Source: Octopus bimaculoides | Taxonomy: Eukaryota | Length of the DNA stretch: 64,000 nt | Direction: 5' to 3' | NCBI RefSeq assembly: GCF_001194135.2 | Contig: NC_069003.1 | Location: 27,978,234 to 28,042,233, forward strand | Shown: positions 26,493-38,855 of the stretch, piece after piece | How the letters are laid out: the number at the start of each line of letters is the position of its first letter | How positions within the stretch are numbered: position 1 is the stretch's first letter | Program-made: the position numbers and the translations under genes | The notes under the pieces: model-generated | Seen by the model: the letters and a program-made list of their open reading frames with translations, nothing else | Told to the model about the DNA's origin: nothing | The model's database searches: none

Positions 26493-27545
26493 TTAAAAGA
26501 TACATTGTTTTCTGCCTTTCTTGGCAGTAAAAATATCAATTACATGGTCAACATTTTTGCCAACAGACATGTTAGCAATATTTTGCTCAATATTTAGCAT
26601 TGCCATACTTTTTAATTGCATTTAACCCACTGTATTCCCTGGCGATGTCTTCGTTTGTCTGTGGCAGCTGCAGAGCATGATGTAGCAGGAAATTTTGCCA
26701 AAAATTGGCAGTATTCCATGAAGATTATTCTTGTAAATCGTTATTACAACAGCATCAGCTGCAATTGTCCATAATCATAATGGATGCATATGGTCTGGAA
26801 GAAACTGTGTGGATTACCCAACCTACTTTTAAGAGATACTGATCAACACCATAATGTGATAAAACAAGTCAATGCCATTGATCCAAGTCATTTAGTGCAT
26901 CAGGATTGAGGATAAGATAACCAGGTGCACAAGGAATATCTTAATCATTACCATTTAACCCTCTTGCATTTAATCTAGCCATATCTGGCCAAAATATTCG
27001 ATATGTTTTATGTTCAAACCGTCCAGATACAGTCTCTCACACTTAACCTGTGATGTCCTTCTGAAAATAAGCAACCACATCATAAAAATCTCAAAGCTAT
27101 AAGATAATCCATGATTAGCACAAAACAATGTGAGTAAATAAGCATTACATTTGATGGAATAATCTGAATGCTAAAAGGTTAATAATGATTCCATTTCAAC
27201 AATATCCAGACTGAAATAATTGGTAGATATATTGATCTGTTGCCAATTTGCTAACCAGGGCATACAATTGCTGAAGCATCATTTTCCTTTGTGGCAGTTT
27301 TGCTCCCTTGAATGAGAATCATATTCCTCGGATGATTTCATTAATAATTTCACCTAATATTTCAGTCCATTTCCAAACACTTTTAAAGTTTTCTTCATTT
27401 CTGCAGTTAATAAGAATCAACTTGGTTGCTGTAGCTATTCTTTTAGCTGTTATAACAATGCTGAAATGTTTCCCTGGAGGTATTTGCTGAGGCTGTTTGT
27501 ATTTAACAGTATTATTTTCTATTGTTCTTGGGTTCATATGCAAAA
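26493..27545 (-). mobile_element. hAT transposase relic (C-terminal dimerisation region), heavily degraded
   Basis: Minus-strand LKSMAMLNIEQNIANMSVGKNVDHVIDIFTAKKGRK* resembles hAT C-termini (RL..LA.L.IE......D...D.FA.KK.RK). Upstream RNEENFKSVWK...FSFKGAKLPQRK resembles the preceding hAT segment. Confidence 0.6.
26959..27178. mobile_element. piggyBac-like MITE inserted in the hAT relic
   Basis: TTAA at 26955-26958 and 27179-27182, TIR consensus CCCTTTAGCATT. The interior aligns by eye with 55529-55738. Confidence 0.8.
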
Positions 27546-28189
27546 TATGCTAGTCACTATAGTGTATGTTGTAGGAGAATAGCTTCTCCCTTTTATAATT
27601 CTATATTTGTGAGATGAAGAATATATATTATGCATACTGTTTATATTAGTAAGACTAGCATCTCCATCTTGATTGTTGCATTCGCTGCATCTTGTATTGA
27701 ACTCTGTTGTTGAATCAGAATTTCAAACCTAGCTCTTCATTTGATCCATGTGGGTACACTGTTCTCTATGTTTCGTGACACCTTTTTATTTTATTTGAGC
27801 TGATTTTTTGTGAATTACCTTAGTGCTTTGCCTGGGATTGAACTCAGAGTCTCTAGGTGACTCCACTGCTTTAATCAACGTCTTTATCTACTAGACTATG
27901 GCTTTTTATGATGATAGTGTGTTCAACACACTCAGTTCCTTGGTGCATGGCATTCTGGGACACCAGTGTCTTGACATGTTATGTCTCATCGAACTGATGT
28001 AAGCGGAATCCAGAGTCTAGACAAAGCTGCTGGCTTTGTTTACACTTTCAGCAAACAAATTGTTTGCTGATCAGTGCTTATATCTGCCAACTGATTAAAA
28101 AAAAAAATCATTATTTGCACTGTATTGTGTTCTTGAGCAAAATATTTCAGGAGGAATTTCAGGTTTCAGTCATTTATCCTTCCTCATCC

Positions 28190-28425
28190 TTATCCAGGAC
28201 TTCATCACTCGTGAAAGAGGGATTCACCCCACCCCAGGACTTCTTCCACTGCTGTCTCTGGTCAGTCATGGCCATGTAAGCTCCAGGTAGCAGTTGAGAT
28301 CTCTTTGTCTTCTCTTTGGTCTTGTCCATTGTCTTGCTTTCCATTCCATCACCCTGATTGTCCATCTGTTGGCCAGCCCATTTCTATTTGTGTACTTATA
28401 AACCACAGAAACAGGGCAACAGTCC
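28190..28425 (-). mobile_element. RTE-clade LINE 3' fragment
   Basis: Minus-strand frames give KWAGQ and LANRWTIRVMEWKARQWTRPKRRQRDL, the typical WAGH...RW...EW.P...R.RGRP..RW motif. Confidence 0.75.
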
Positions 28426-31400
28426 CTACGAGTCCTAGGACTGAAGAAAGTAATGTCCAAGGATTGATGATGATGATGATGATATTACAAGGTATTTGTT
28501 TATAGTGGCCAACATTCTCAGTTCAAATCTTACTAAGGTCATCTTTGCTGGGTTGATAAAATATTGAACCACTGAAGTAGTGGGATTTATTTATATTCAT
28601 AAATGGCAACCTACATGTGAATAAAATTATTGTCTGTCTGTCTATCTATATATCTATTTATCTGCCTGTCTGTCTATCTATATATCTATCTGTCTATCTG
28701 TCTAATATTAAAAAGGTACTTGAAATATAACCCCTTGTATGAAAAAATGGTAATGTTGAATTGGTTAATATTGAAGTTAAGTTTGGATTTCAAACACCAC
28801 TTGCTAGTGAAGAGAAAAGACATTTCTAAAAAAATTCAGTTATCCAAACTATGATTTAAATATTTCTTTTAAAAAAAAGTTTTGCTTAATGGCGATTTTC
28901 ATTCAATTCTAGATTATAATCTTTAAAATATAAATTTGTTTTGGATTGCAGAAATCATTATTAAGTTATTTGAAGTTATTAGGAAACCAGTTTTCAAAAC
29001 TTTACTTTCAATTAACTTACATTGAAATATTTTTATTTTTTATTTGAGATTTAAATTCAGATTATGCAAGCTATTTTCATTATTTCTTTGAAATTATAGA
29101 TTTTCCTCAATTCATTTTAAATTCATTTAAAAATTATTATACATATATGAAAAAAATTACATTTAATCAACAAAATATGAGTTAAAATACCTTCCAATAA
29201 ATATTTTCAAGTTTATTAATGATATCGTTATAAATATCATAGAGATTAATATTTTATTTATTATAACAATGTGAGTTAAATGTTTTAGAAAGCTTTTAAC
29301 TTAAAAAATTATATAAAACACTAAATTTAATACATAGAAGGGTAATCCAAAATATATCTGTTTCTTTAGCATCAATAGTAAAACTTAACAGTTTGTCAGC
29401 CATTTTACCCTAAATTTTCTTTAGTTATATGCCATATTTGGTAATGTTCTCAGAATTTGAACTAAAGCCTTTATTAAGTCTTCCAGGGTAGACTGTTCTC
29501 ATTCATTCTCCACACCTGTGATTTTTTTTTTTCTTATTATATTATTTTAGTTTTCGACTACCAAATCCACTCGTAAGACTTTAGAAGACACTTGCCCAAG
29601 GTGCTACGTAGTGGGACTGAACACAGAACCATGCGGTTAAGGAGTATACTTCTTACCATGCTGCTATGCCTGCACTTGTAGATATAAAAATTATTCAGTC
29701 AATAGATAAAAAAATTAAGTATTGCTCTTTTTCATCAAGCTGCAAGGTCAGATGGGTTGGATGCAACAAGTTCAATTTTCTGATTCACACATGCATGTTT
29801 GTACACACACATACATACACACATACACACAGACATACATGCATGCATATCAAAATTGTCACCATCATGGTTTTAACATTTACTTCTCCATACCTGCATG
29901 TGTCAGATGAGAACATGTTGGGGGAAGAGTTTTCTATAGCTGGGTACCTTTCCAGATGCTAACCCCTGCTTGTTTCCAGGTGAAGTGATAATCAAGTAAC
30001 AAATAACCTGGACATGGTTACACGGAAAGCTGAAAACAAATCAACAAACCTTTTATTAACAAATATCACACAATATGTTAGGAAGACCAGATATGCTTTC
30101 ATGGTGATCTATAAGCATATGACACAGTTGGTGAGGCCATTGTGTGCAATCTGTGAAAACATGTGAAGATGAAGGAAATTACAAACACACACAAACACTC
30201 TCTCTCTCTCTTTCACTTCCTCTCTCTCTCATACAAACGTATATAAATATATATATTGAGAGAGAGCTATTTTTTGATTGGCCTGAGGTGAAAGTGGAAG
30301 ACAGTTGCCCAAGTTGCCAAATAGCGGGCTTGAACCAAACACCTGGCTGGAAACAAACTTCTTAACCATAGTTATGCTTACACACACACACAATTCAGAT
30401 GTTAATAATTCTACAACAATCACCAGATATTATAATTGCTTTGTTATTGAGACGTGCAGAATCCTTAGAGTTTATTCAAGCTTTCAATTTTGCCGATTTC
30501 TTCCTTTAAAAGAGAATTATTTGAAGCATCAAGAATTATTAACTGTGAGCATTATAGTGTTAAGGCACTAATAGAATAATAGATTGATTAAAATGATTTA
30601 TTCAGTAAATGATGCAAAAGTAATACAATAATTATTGTATACAATTTTGTTACTGAAAGCAATAGCGTTAAAAAATAATTTCAACATAAAATTAGCTTCC
30701 AGAGAAATTATAAGTAAAGTTTTGGTGAGAATTGTACTTTGTCTCCATCTAATATTTGTTGTTGTTGTTTTTTTTTCCTCTGTTCGTATCAGATGGTTAC
30801 ATCACATCTTGGCAGCAGTGCTAGCTATTGTTGAAATATATGTTTTATGCTTGTCAAATGTCAACTTTTCAGTCTGTACATATAACTATATAAGTGGTAA
30901 GATTAGCATTTAGCTAAACATCATTAGATATTGCACAGACATGTAAGGAACTATATTTTCCATGATTCATGTGAATTGCTGCAAGTATGGTGTGTGTGTG
31001 TGTGTGTGTATGTTTCAGCTTTTTGCAGTTTGTGTTCAAATCCTGCATTGATCAACTTTGCCTGTCAGCCCTCTGGGAGTTGATGAAATAATGTACCAGT
31101 CTAGTACTAAAGTTGATCCCCTTCACTCAAAATTGTTGGCCTTGAGCCTGAATTAAAAACAGTTACAATTATTAAAATAATTAAACATTTTAACAGCTGA
31201 TACCATCTAATATGCAAATAATATTCAAATACATCTTTGTTTTAGCATTCAGTAAATTAAACTACATTCATAGACGTAACATAGTTCAACAAGACAGACT
31301 GATAAAATCAGTACTAGGTTTAAAAAAATTAGTACTGAGATTGATTCATTCAACTAAAAGTTCTTCAAGGCAATGCCCCAGCATGGCCACAATCAAATTA

Positions 31401-31734
31401 AACAAATAAAAGATTAAAAGATAGACAAATATAGTTCTGAACAGTATATGCATATTATTGTTCAACAACAATTTGCTCATGAAAAGAGGATCTCGCTGAT
31501 AAAGAATGCTTCATGTCTGCTCTGTAGAATGTCTTGATGAATTAATACATATATCATCTCTTCTTCTTACAGTACTTCAGTGAATTGATACTGAATGTGT
31601 CATTTCTACTCTGTTGTTTTGTAAAACAGAAACTACAATGAAATGAAACTGATGTCTAACATATTAAAGTCTAAATTTCAAAATGTGGAGTTAACATATA
31701 ATACAATTTTAGTATATCCTATAGTTTTGTGCTA

Positions 31735-31950
31735 TAGGTCTGTCACATACCATGTCATAGGTTTATCACAAAGGTTTATGTTGTAGGTTTCCCACATCAC
31801 TAAATGGACATTAAATGATTATGATGATATTTATGATGTTCCTTCGTGACATTGGTTTATGAGATAGGTTTGTCTCATGTTTATGGTGTAGGCTTATCTC
31901 AAAGGTTTATGGCATAGGTTTGTCACCACAGGTTTTTGATGTAGATTTAT
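31735..31950. repeat. Degenerate minisatellite (about 24-25 bp, ggtttatggcataggtttgtcacaaa-like)
   Basis: Recurring ggtttat/ggtttgt subunits at about 12-13 bp spacing. Confidence 0.6.
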
Positions 31951-32539
31951 TGCAGTTTTAGAAGCTTTTAAATACTAAATAATAAACACTTAATTTGTAT
32001 AATGTATCATATCATATATAATATCATACAAAAATAGCAGTTATTATGGAATATATTTTGTTTTGATAAGATATTTTTGAAATCATTTCACTTTCATCTG
32101 CTTTGATAGCAAAGAAACCTGAAAATGTTCTGGGTGCTGTCCCTCCATTTCTGATTAACAGTTTCTTTGTCAAGAGAGAGAGTTTCACACTACATTCATT
32201 TAATGGGTTTGATACAAGCCGAGAAGAGCAACTTCTATATAGTCTATTCAACCTGCTAGAAATAACAGCTAAAGTTTCTGTAAATAAACCCTATTGTATT
32301 AAAGATAATGACACCTAAACCTCCATTCTGGGGTAAATGTAATATTGAATGCATGATGGTCAAGAAAAGGATGAAAGCCCAGAGCTGGAGTACATTTGAT
32401 CATAAATTAGGTTGACCAGGGTTACTCTGGTGCTTAACAATGGCTGGTTAAATAAATACGATACACTTGTCCGAGCAATTTGGTCTGTCTCTCTTTTGTA
32501 ACTGCCATCTCAACCACTCTGTGTATCATTCTCTTTTAC

Positions 32540-32930
32540 TCTTTACTCTTTTACTTGTTTCAGTCATTTTACTGCGGCCATACTGGAGCACCACCTTTAG
32601 TCGAGCAAATCGACCCTAGGACTTATTCTTTATAAGCCTAGTACTCATTCTATCGGTTTCTTTTGCCAATCCGCTAAGTTACGGGGATGTGAACGCACCA
32701 GCATCGGTTGTCAAGTAATGTTGGGGGGACAAATACAGACACACAAACACACATATATATATACATATATCCAACGGGCTTCTTTCAGTTTCCATTTACC
32801 AAATCCACTCACGAAGCTTTGGTCGGCCCGAGGCTATAGTAGAAGACACTTGCCCAAGGTGCCACACAGTGGGACTGAACCCGCAACCATGTGGTTGGTA
32901 AGCAAGCTACTTACCACACAGCCACTCCAT
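32540..32930 (-). mobile_element. Best-preserved full composite SINE family A
   Basis: In element orientation: tRNA-like head (gtggctgtgtggtaagtagcttgcttacc...gggttcagtccc), body ending gaaagaagcccg, internal (TA/TG)n, second module, then an (AAAAGAGT)n tail. Many CpGs are retained. Confidence 0.9.
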
Positions 32931-34039
32931 ACGTAAAATGAATGACAAAAATCAGTGGAATGTGCCTCAAATATTACTCACACACACACACTCATCATAA
33001 TAGTAGACATTAGAGAAGACAATGAAGTATTACATATGAAGCATGCTGTATTTCTGGGCAATTCTTTCGTTTTTATTCAACTACCTCAATGCAACAATAA
33101 ACAGCTGGATGACTGGCTGCTCTAATCAACAACACATTTTTATTCCATTTATCCATTTATGCGTGTGTAGCTTGATGATGACGAGGATGATGATGGGGAT
33201 GATGATGATCATCATCCTCACCACCAATCATCACCAATCATCATCATCATCATTATTATTATTGATTGATGATTCTTTTCTTTTTTAAGAAAGGAAAAAA
33301 AATAAATAAATAAAACATTTCTGATCAGAAACAAAACCTATTGATGAAGCTTCTGGTCAGAATTCATAAATATGAAGAGTTAAAAAAAAAAAAAAAGGTA
33401 GGGAATTTTAGAGAAATAAAATCAATTATCAATAAATACATAAATAAATAAACTTTCTAAGAAATAACAGATAGATAAAATAACACTGAAAGACGTTGAA
33501 AGTATTCATAAATCCACTGAGTTGAACCTCATAATTTCTGTGAATTACTCCTGGATTTTCTATCTTCTTTAGCAACTATTCATAGCAACTGCAACAGAAG
33601 TTCAGTTATGTTATGTATCAATTGATTTTCTAAAATGATGTCAGTTGTTGTAAGAAGATGCTGATTTGGTAGAATTCATGTGCAGATGTGTTTGGATTGG
33701 TAGCAGCAGCAGATTCTGCTCTTATAAAAAGACATTGAAATACTCGAACAATTTTGACAATATGCGTTTTCTTCTCGTTCTCGTCTTCATTTATGGTCGC
33801 CTACATTTTTGCTTCATAAAACACTGTATGGAACTCCATAGTGTGCCACTTCCTCTTTCATAGATTCGTACATATTTTTTTGAGCATTGACATACACGCA
33901 ACACACACACACACACAAGTATAGAACCATGAGCCAATGAGGGAGCACCTACATGGTTGCTCAACCTGCTAGAAATAGCAGCACCAAATTTATGTATCAC
34001 ATATGGGATTTACAAGGTTTTGGGTGGCCTAGAACTATA

Positions 34040-34299
34040 AATAAAATAAATGCACCCTTTTAAAGCCTAGCCAGGCTCATGGGCCCGGTTTCCCAGTTTC
34101 AATGGCGTATGTGTTCCCCAGCTGGACGGGACACCAGTCCATCTCAGCGTTACTCATTTTTGCCAGCTGAGTGGACTGGAGCAATGTGAAATGAAGTGTT
34201 TTGCTCAAGAACACAACGCGTCACCCGGTTCAGGAATCGAAACCACAATCTTACGATCATGATGCTGACACCCTAACCACTAAGCCACGCGCCTCCACA
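34040..34299 (-). mobile_element. SINE family D, full length, with 14-bp TSD, nested in a family A copy
   Basis: Head GTGGAGGCGCGTGGCTTAGTGG (A box), GTTTCGATTCC (B box), tttattttattt tail. TSD ggcctagaactata 34026-34039 and ggcctggaactata 34300-34313. Confidence 0.9.
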
Positions 34300-34540
34300 G
34301 GCCTGGAACTATAGTGGAAGATAAAAAAAAATACTTGTCCAAGGTGCTGCACAATGAGATTGAACAAAAGACCATGTGGTTGAGAAGCAAACTTCCTCAC
34401 CACACTGCTATGCCTGTAAGTGCACATCGAATTATGTAGTCCAAGATAGATTATTTTAACAAAAGAAGACTGGGTAATTTCAGTTTGATTATCTTTGGTC
34501 ATAGGTCTCCTTGATCAGCAGCAACAATACAGAAACTGAC

Positions 34541-34575
<35 letters not shown>

Positions 34576-35032
34576 GAGACACATTTAATGCTATTTGTTC
34601 TTAAATATTATTTAAATTTACATTAAGACGTACTTCTTATTCTCAAATGGGAGTTACATATTTGTTTCTACATGTAGTGTTTGCTTTATATACATTGTAT
34701 TGATTCTAGTCAAACAGTTTATCGTTGTGTGCAATAAAATACTTATAAAACGATACAATTATTATCATTTGCTACTCCATATTATTCATTTGCTTACATT
34801 TTCAGCCCATTGAGATGACTCCGAATTTGAATATATATATATTTATTTGACATGTTCTTGAACGAGACAAAATAACTTTGGATGGACTCATTGTTTCAAT
34901 AAAACATATTGACATTCAGCTTTAATGCTCTGAGTTCTTTGATTGGCTTTATCATACTCCACTGAACAATTACCCCCCCGGGATCTATTTGTGTGTGTAT
35001 GCATATATGTGGATAGTATCTTCTCATTCAAT

Positions 35033-35067
<35 letters not shown>

Positions 35068-35114
35068 CACACACACCTTTCCACTCTCTCTCTCTCTCTC
35101 ACTGTATGTACAGG

Positions 35115-35420
35115 TGTGGCTGTGTGGTAAAACCTTTGCTTCCCAATTGCATGGACTGGCTCCTGCGCAGGTGGCATGTAAAAACAAAACACCATTTGAG
35201 CATGGCCGTTGCCAGTACCGCCTGACTGGCCCTTGTGCCAGTGTCATGTAAAAGCACCCACTACACTCTTGGAGTGGTTGGCGTTAGGAAGGGCATCCAG
35301 CTGTAGAAACTCTGAAAGATCAGATTGGAGCCTGGTGCAGCCAGCTGGCTAGCCGGTCCTCAGTCAAACCGTCCAACCCATGCCAGCATAGAAAGCGGAC
35401 ATTAAATGATGGTGATGAAA
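35115..35420 (+). mobile_element. SINE with family A-like tRNA head and family C tail
   Basis: ggtgtggctgtgtggtaaaacctttgcttccc...gtggttggcgttaggaagggcatccagctgtagaaactc...ccaacccatgccagcatagaaagcggacattaaatgatggtgatg. Confidence 0.8.
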
Positions 35421-36651
35421 GGATGAAAGGCAAAGTTGACCTCAGCAGAAATTGTACTCAGAATGTGATGAACTGGCAGAATTGTTAGTATATTGAACAA
35501 ATGCTTAACTGCATTTATTTTGGGCTCTTTACATTTTGAATTCAAATGTCATTGAGTCTGACCTTGCCTTTCATCCTTTTTGAGGTCAATAAAATAAGTT
35601 ACAGTTGAAAATAGGGGGTGATGTAAACAACCAACCCTCTCCTTCTAAATTTGCTGGCCTTGTGCCAAAATTGGAAACAATTATTATTATACAAAATGTT
35701 GTTTTATTGTTCTAAAATCTAAGTAACAATGGTTGTGAGTATAAGGAACTGAAATACGACTTGATCTGTAAAAACAACTGCTCAAATGAATAAACTGTTC
35801 TATCCATATGACTTGGTAAAAAGGGTGTAAAACAGCAAAAATATAAACGGAAAATACATAACATATTTTATTGATTTTAATGTAGCAGTGATTCACAAAC
35901 TACAGAAGGAACTGGTGAATGCTTCATCGTAGATATGGCAGAAGCATGTGAGAGAAAAACTAAAATCTGAGAGCAATGAAGAAATCCTCAGTGAGTGGTA
36001 AAACAAAGCAGTTGTTGCATGAATAGAATGCTTACAGCTGAACTCGGTGTAGTGGGGTGGCTGTATGGATAAGAGAGCTATTGTGAACTCTGATATTCCT
36101 GGTTGCATTGCTGCTTCTTGGTACTGCTGGAAGGAGTTGCACTATTGTCAGAAGGTGATCTCCAGCCAACAGCTGATGCAGGGAATATCCTGCTTTGTAA
36201 GGTGTTTTTTAACTTTTATTCTTCTACTTGTTTCAGTCATTGAATTGCGGCCATGCAGGGGCAATGCCTTGAAGAGCTTTTAGCCAAATGAATCGATCCC
36301 TGTACTTTTTTTAAGCCTGGCACTTATTCTGTTGGTGTCTTTTGCCAAACTACTTAGTAAGTTATGAGGACATAAACACTGGTTGACAAGCAGTGATGGA
36401 ATACAAACACAGACACAAAAAGACGCACACACACACACTCTCTCTCTCTCACACACATAAAATTAATATAAACAGCTATGTTCAATGTGATACCATAAAA
36501 GAAAAATTCAGTTGTCACTAAGCGTGACTAAGAGTGCCAAAGCACATACATTGCTAGAAATGAGAGTTAAAATACTGTTAATGCTGTAGGAAGTATGCAA
36601 ATGTATACACACTTGCTTAACGGGGGAGGTAACCACCCCATGACCAAGTCA

Positions 36652-36695
<44 letters not shown>

Positions 36696-37206
36696 CATTC
36701 TGTGAAAATTAATAAAATGAACACAAGTATTGTATTGTGGTTTCTTTCTCTTTACTGTTTCCCCCACTTCATTTCAACAGTTACAATGGGGCTTTGATAA
36801 TAAGTAATGTAGCCAAGTAAGCTTCTATAGTGACTTAATCTACATTATGTAGGGAGCCTCGGTGTATTCCTTAACTCACTAGAAACAATAGTCAAGTCTC
36901 CTGCGAATCACCATTCCCTATTGTTTTTTTTTTTATCATTTTTTTTTTTTTTAACATCAAAGGAGACATTGGATAATGTAATCCTGGATATACAATACCT
37001 TTAATCATAGGATGACTTGGGGCTAAACAATAACTCTTATTCATAGAATGATTATCATTTCTCTTTGAGTATGTTTGTTTAACTGTCAACTCTGTTAGTT
37101 TCATTGGAAATATCAGAACTGTTAACCGAAAATGTTGTGCATCTGATTTTTCTCATAGTCGGAACTGTATTTACTTAATAGAATTTGTAATTAGATAATT
37201 AATCTA

Positions 37207-37897
37207 TTTTTATTATGAGTTTTCTTCTTTCTATTGTTTCTATTTCTTGCTGAGTGTCTTCTCGACTCCTAGGGCAAAGAAACTCACTGTATACATTGAT
37301 TAGGCCATTGAAATAAACACACCAGATTGCTCATTTATAAAATCAAATGAAGTTATGTAGAAAAAAATTTATTTACACGGGTGGTAATCAGTCTTACAGT
37401 GACAATGTTCTTCTCAATACATGTGATATACTTGTTAAAACAATCTTTTGCACTTTTTGCATAGATGGTAAGCCAGGGATCATACTCAAATAATTTTCAG
37501 TTTGTTTTATTGATCATTCCTAGAGCTCCTACAACCACTGGTGTTGTAACCGCCTTGAGATGCCACATTTTTTCGATTTCAATGAACAAATCTTTACATT
37601 TTCTTCGCTTGTCAAATTCTTTTGCTGAGATATTATGATCACAAGGAACATTTATGTCGATCAATAAACAGACTTCATTATTTTGGTCTTTTACAACAAT
37701 TTCTGGTTTATTAGTTTTGATGGTTCTGTCTGTACGTACTAGTAAGTCCCAAAGAATTGTTACATTTTCTCCCTCAGGTACAGCTTCAGCAAAGTGTTTC
37801 TACCACTTGTCAACAGTTTTGATTTTACAATGCTGACATATTAACCAGTGTAGATATTGACCAACTCTGTCATGTCTTGATTTATACTCTACTGGTG
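37207..37897 (-). mobile_element. R4/Dong-like non-LTR retrotransposon 3' fragment (restriction-like endonuclease domain)
   Basis: One minus frame of about 130 codons with one internal stop: YKSRHDRVGQYLHWLICQH...TILWDLLVRTDRTIKTNKPEIVVKDQNNEVCLLIDINVPCDHNISAKEFDK..K.KDL.IEIEKMW.LK...PVVVGALG. This shows the RHD motif and the PD-x12-D-(x)-K RLE core (PD changed to PE). A frameshifted tail ...VQKIVLTSISHVLRRTL follows. Confidence 0.9.
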
Positions 37898-37949
37898 TTA
37901 ATTATTCTTATTTCTATTTCCCATTATTTTTATCATCATTACTATTTCA

Positions 37950-37998
<49 letters not shown>

Positions 37999-37999
37999 T

Positions 38000-38215
38000 C
38001 ACATGTGCTGTCTGTGCAATATCTGCAACATAAAATGGCAAGATAAGATCTCGAATGTCTAAATTTTAGAAAAATGTGATCTCTCCAGTATCGAAAGCAT
38101 GCGGTTGAGAATCAAGTTCAAATACAAGATAATCACATTCCAAAAGTTTCTTGGTATGGCCAACAAATAGAGGGATCCCACGGTAAACAAAGACCCCTGC
38201 TAGGGTATAAGAATA
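38000..38215 (+). mobile_element. RTE (BovB-like) LINE fragment
   Basis: CLCNICNIKWQDKISNV...DLSSIESM...DNHIPK..YGQ..EG resembles RTE-BovB LR.I..IKWQD.I.N.EVL....L.SIE. Confidence 0.75.
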
Positions 38216-38629
38216 AGTTGTAATATTCACTAAAATCATCCTGACAGCTTAATGTAATATCTTGGTAAAGTTATTGCCTAGATCAATCTGAGTAGCATTA
38301 AATGTATCATGATGCATCTAAACCATTTGAGCTGAAGAAATAGAACAATAAAAGAACTTTATTGTTCTTGTAATTAACAGATGCATTTGTAACTCTTGTA
38401 ATTAACAGATGCATTTGACCAGTCCCAGGTAAAATCATCATTAATCCCCCCATTGTGACTTTATAGCAAGATTAATACCTGGACTCAAATTACATTCATG
38501 CATCTATCACAAATAAATGCAGCTCCATTTTTTAATCCTTGTTTTCTTCTTCGTTAATCCTTTCTTCAATCACTCCTACATCAAAATCAACAGGAGTGAC
38601 AATCATCATCAGCATCATTATTATTATCG

Positions 38630-38855
38630 TTATTATTATTATTCTTTGCTACTCTAGGCACAAGACCCAAAATTTTTGGGGAGGGTGTCAGTCAATTAGA
38701 TCGACCTAAGTATGCAACTGGTACTTAATCTATCAACCCTGAAAGGATAAAAGTCAACCTTGATGGAATTTGAACTCAGAATGTAAAGACAGATGAAATA
38801 CCGCTAAGCATTTCGCCTGGCGTGCTAACATTTCTGCCAGCTCACCGCCTTTGAA
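38630..38855 (-). mobile_element. SINE family B
   Basis: Full-length reverse-complement copy with (ATT)n tail. Confidence 0.85.

Noticed and set aside
34040-34299. Functional tRNA gene
   Set aside because: The tRNA-like head continues into a SINE body and tail with a TSD, and no full cloverleaf is evident. The same applies to the other SINE heads.
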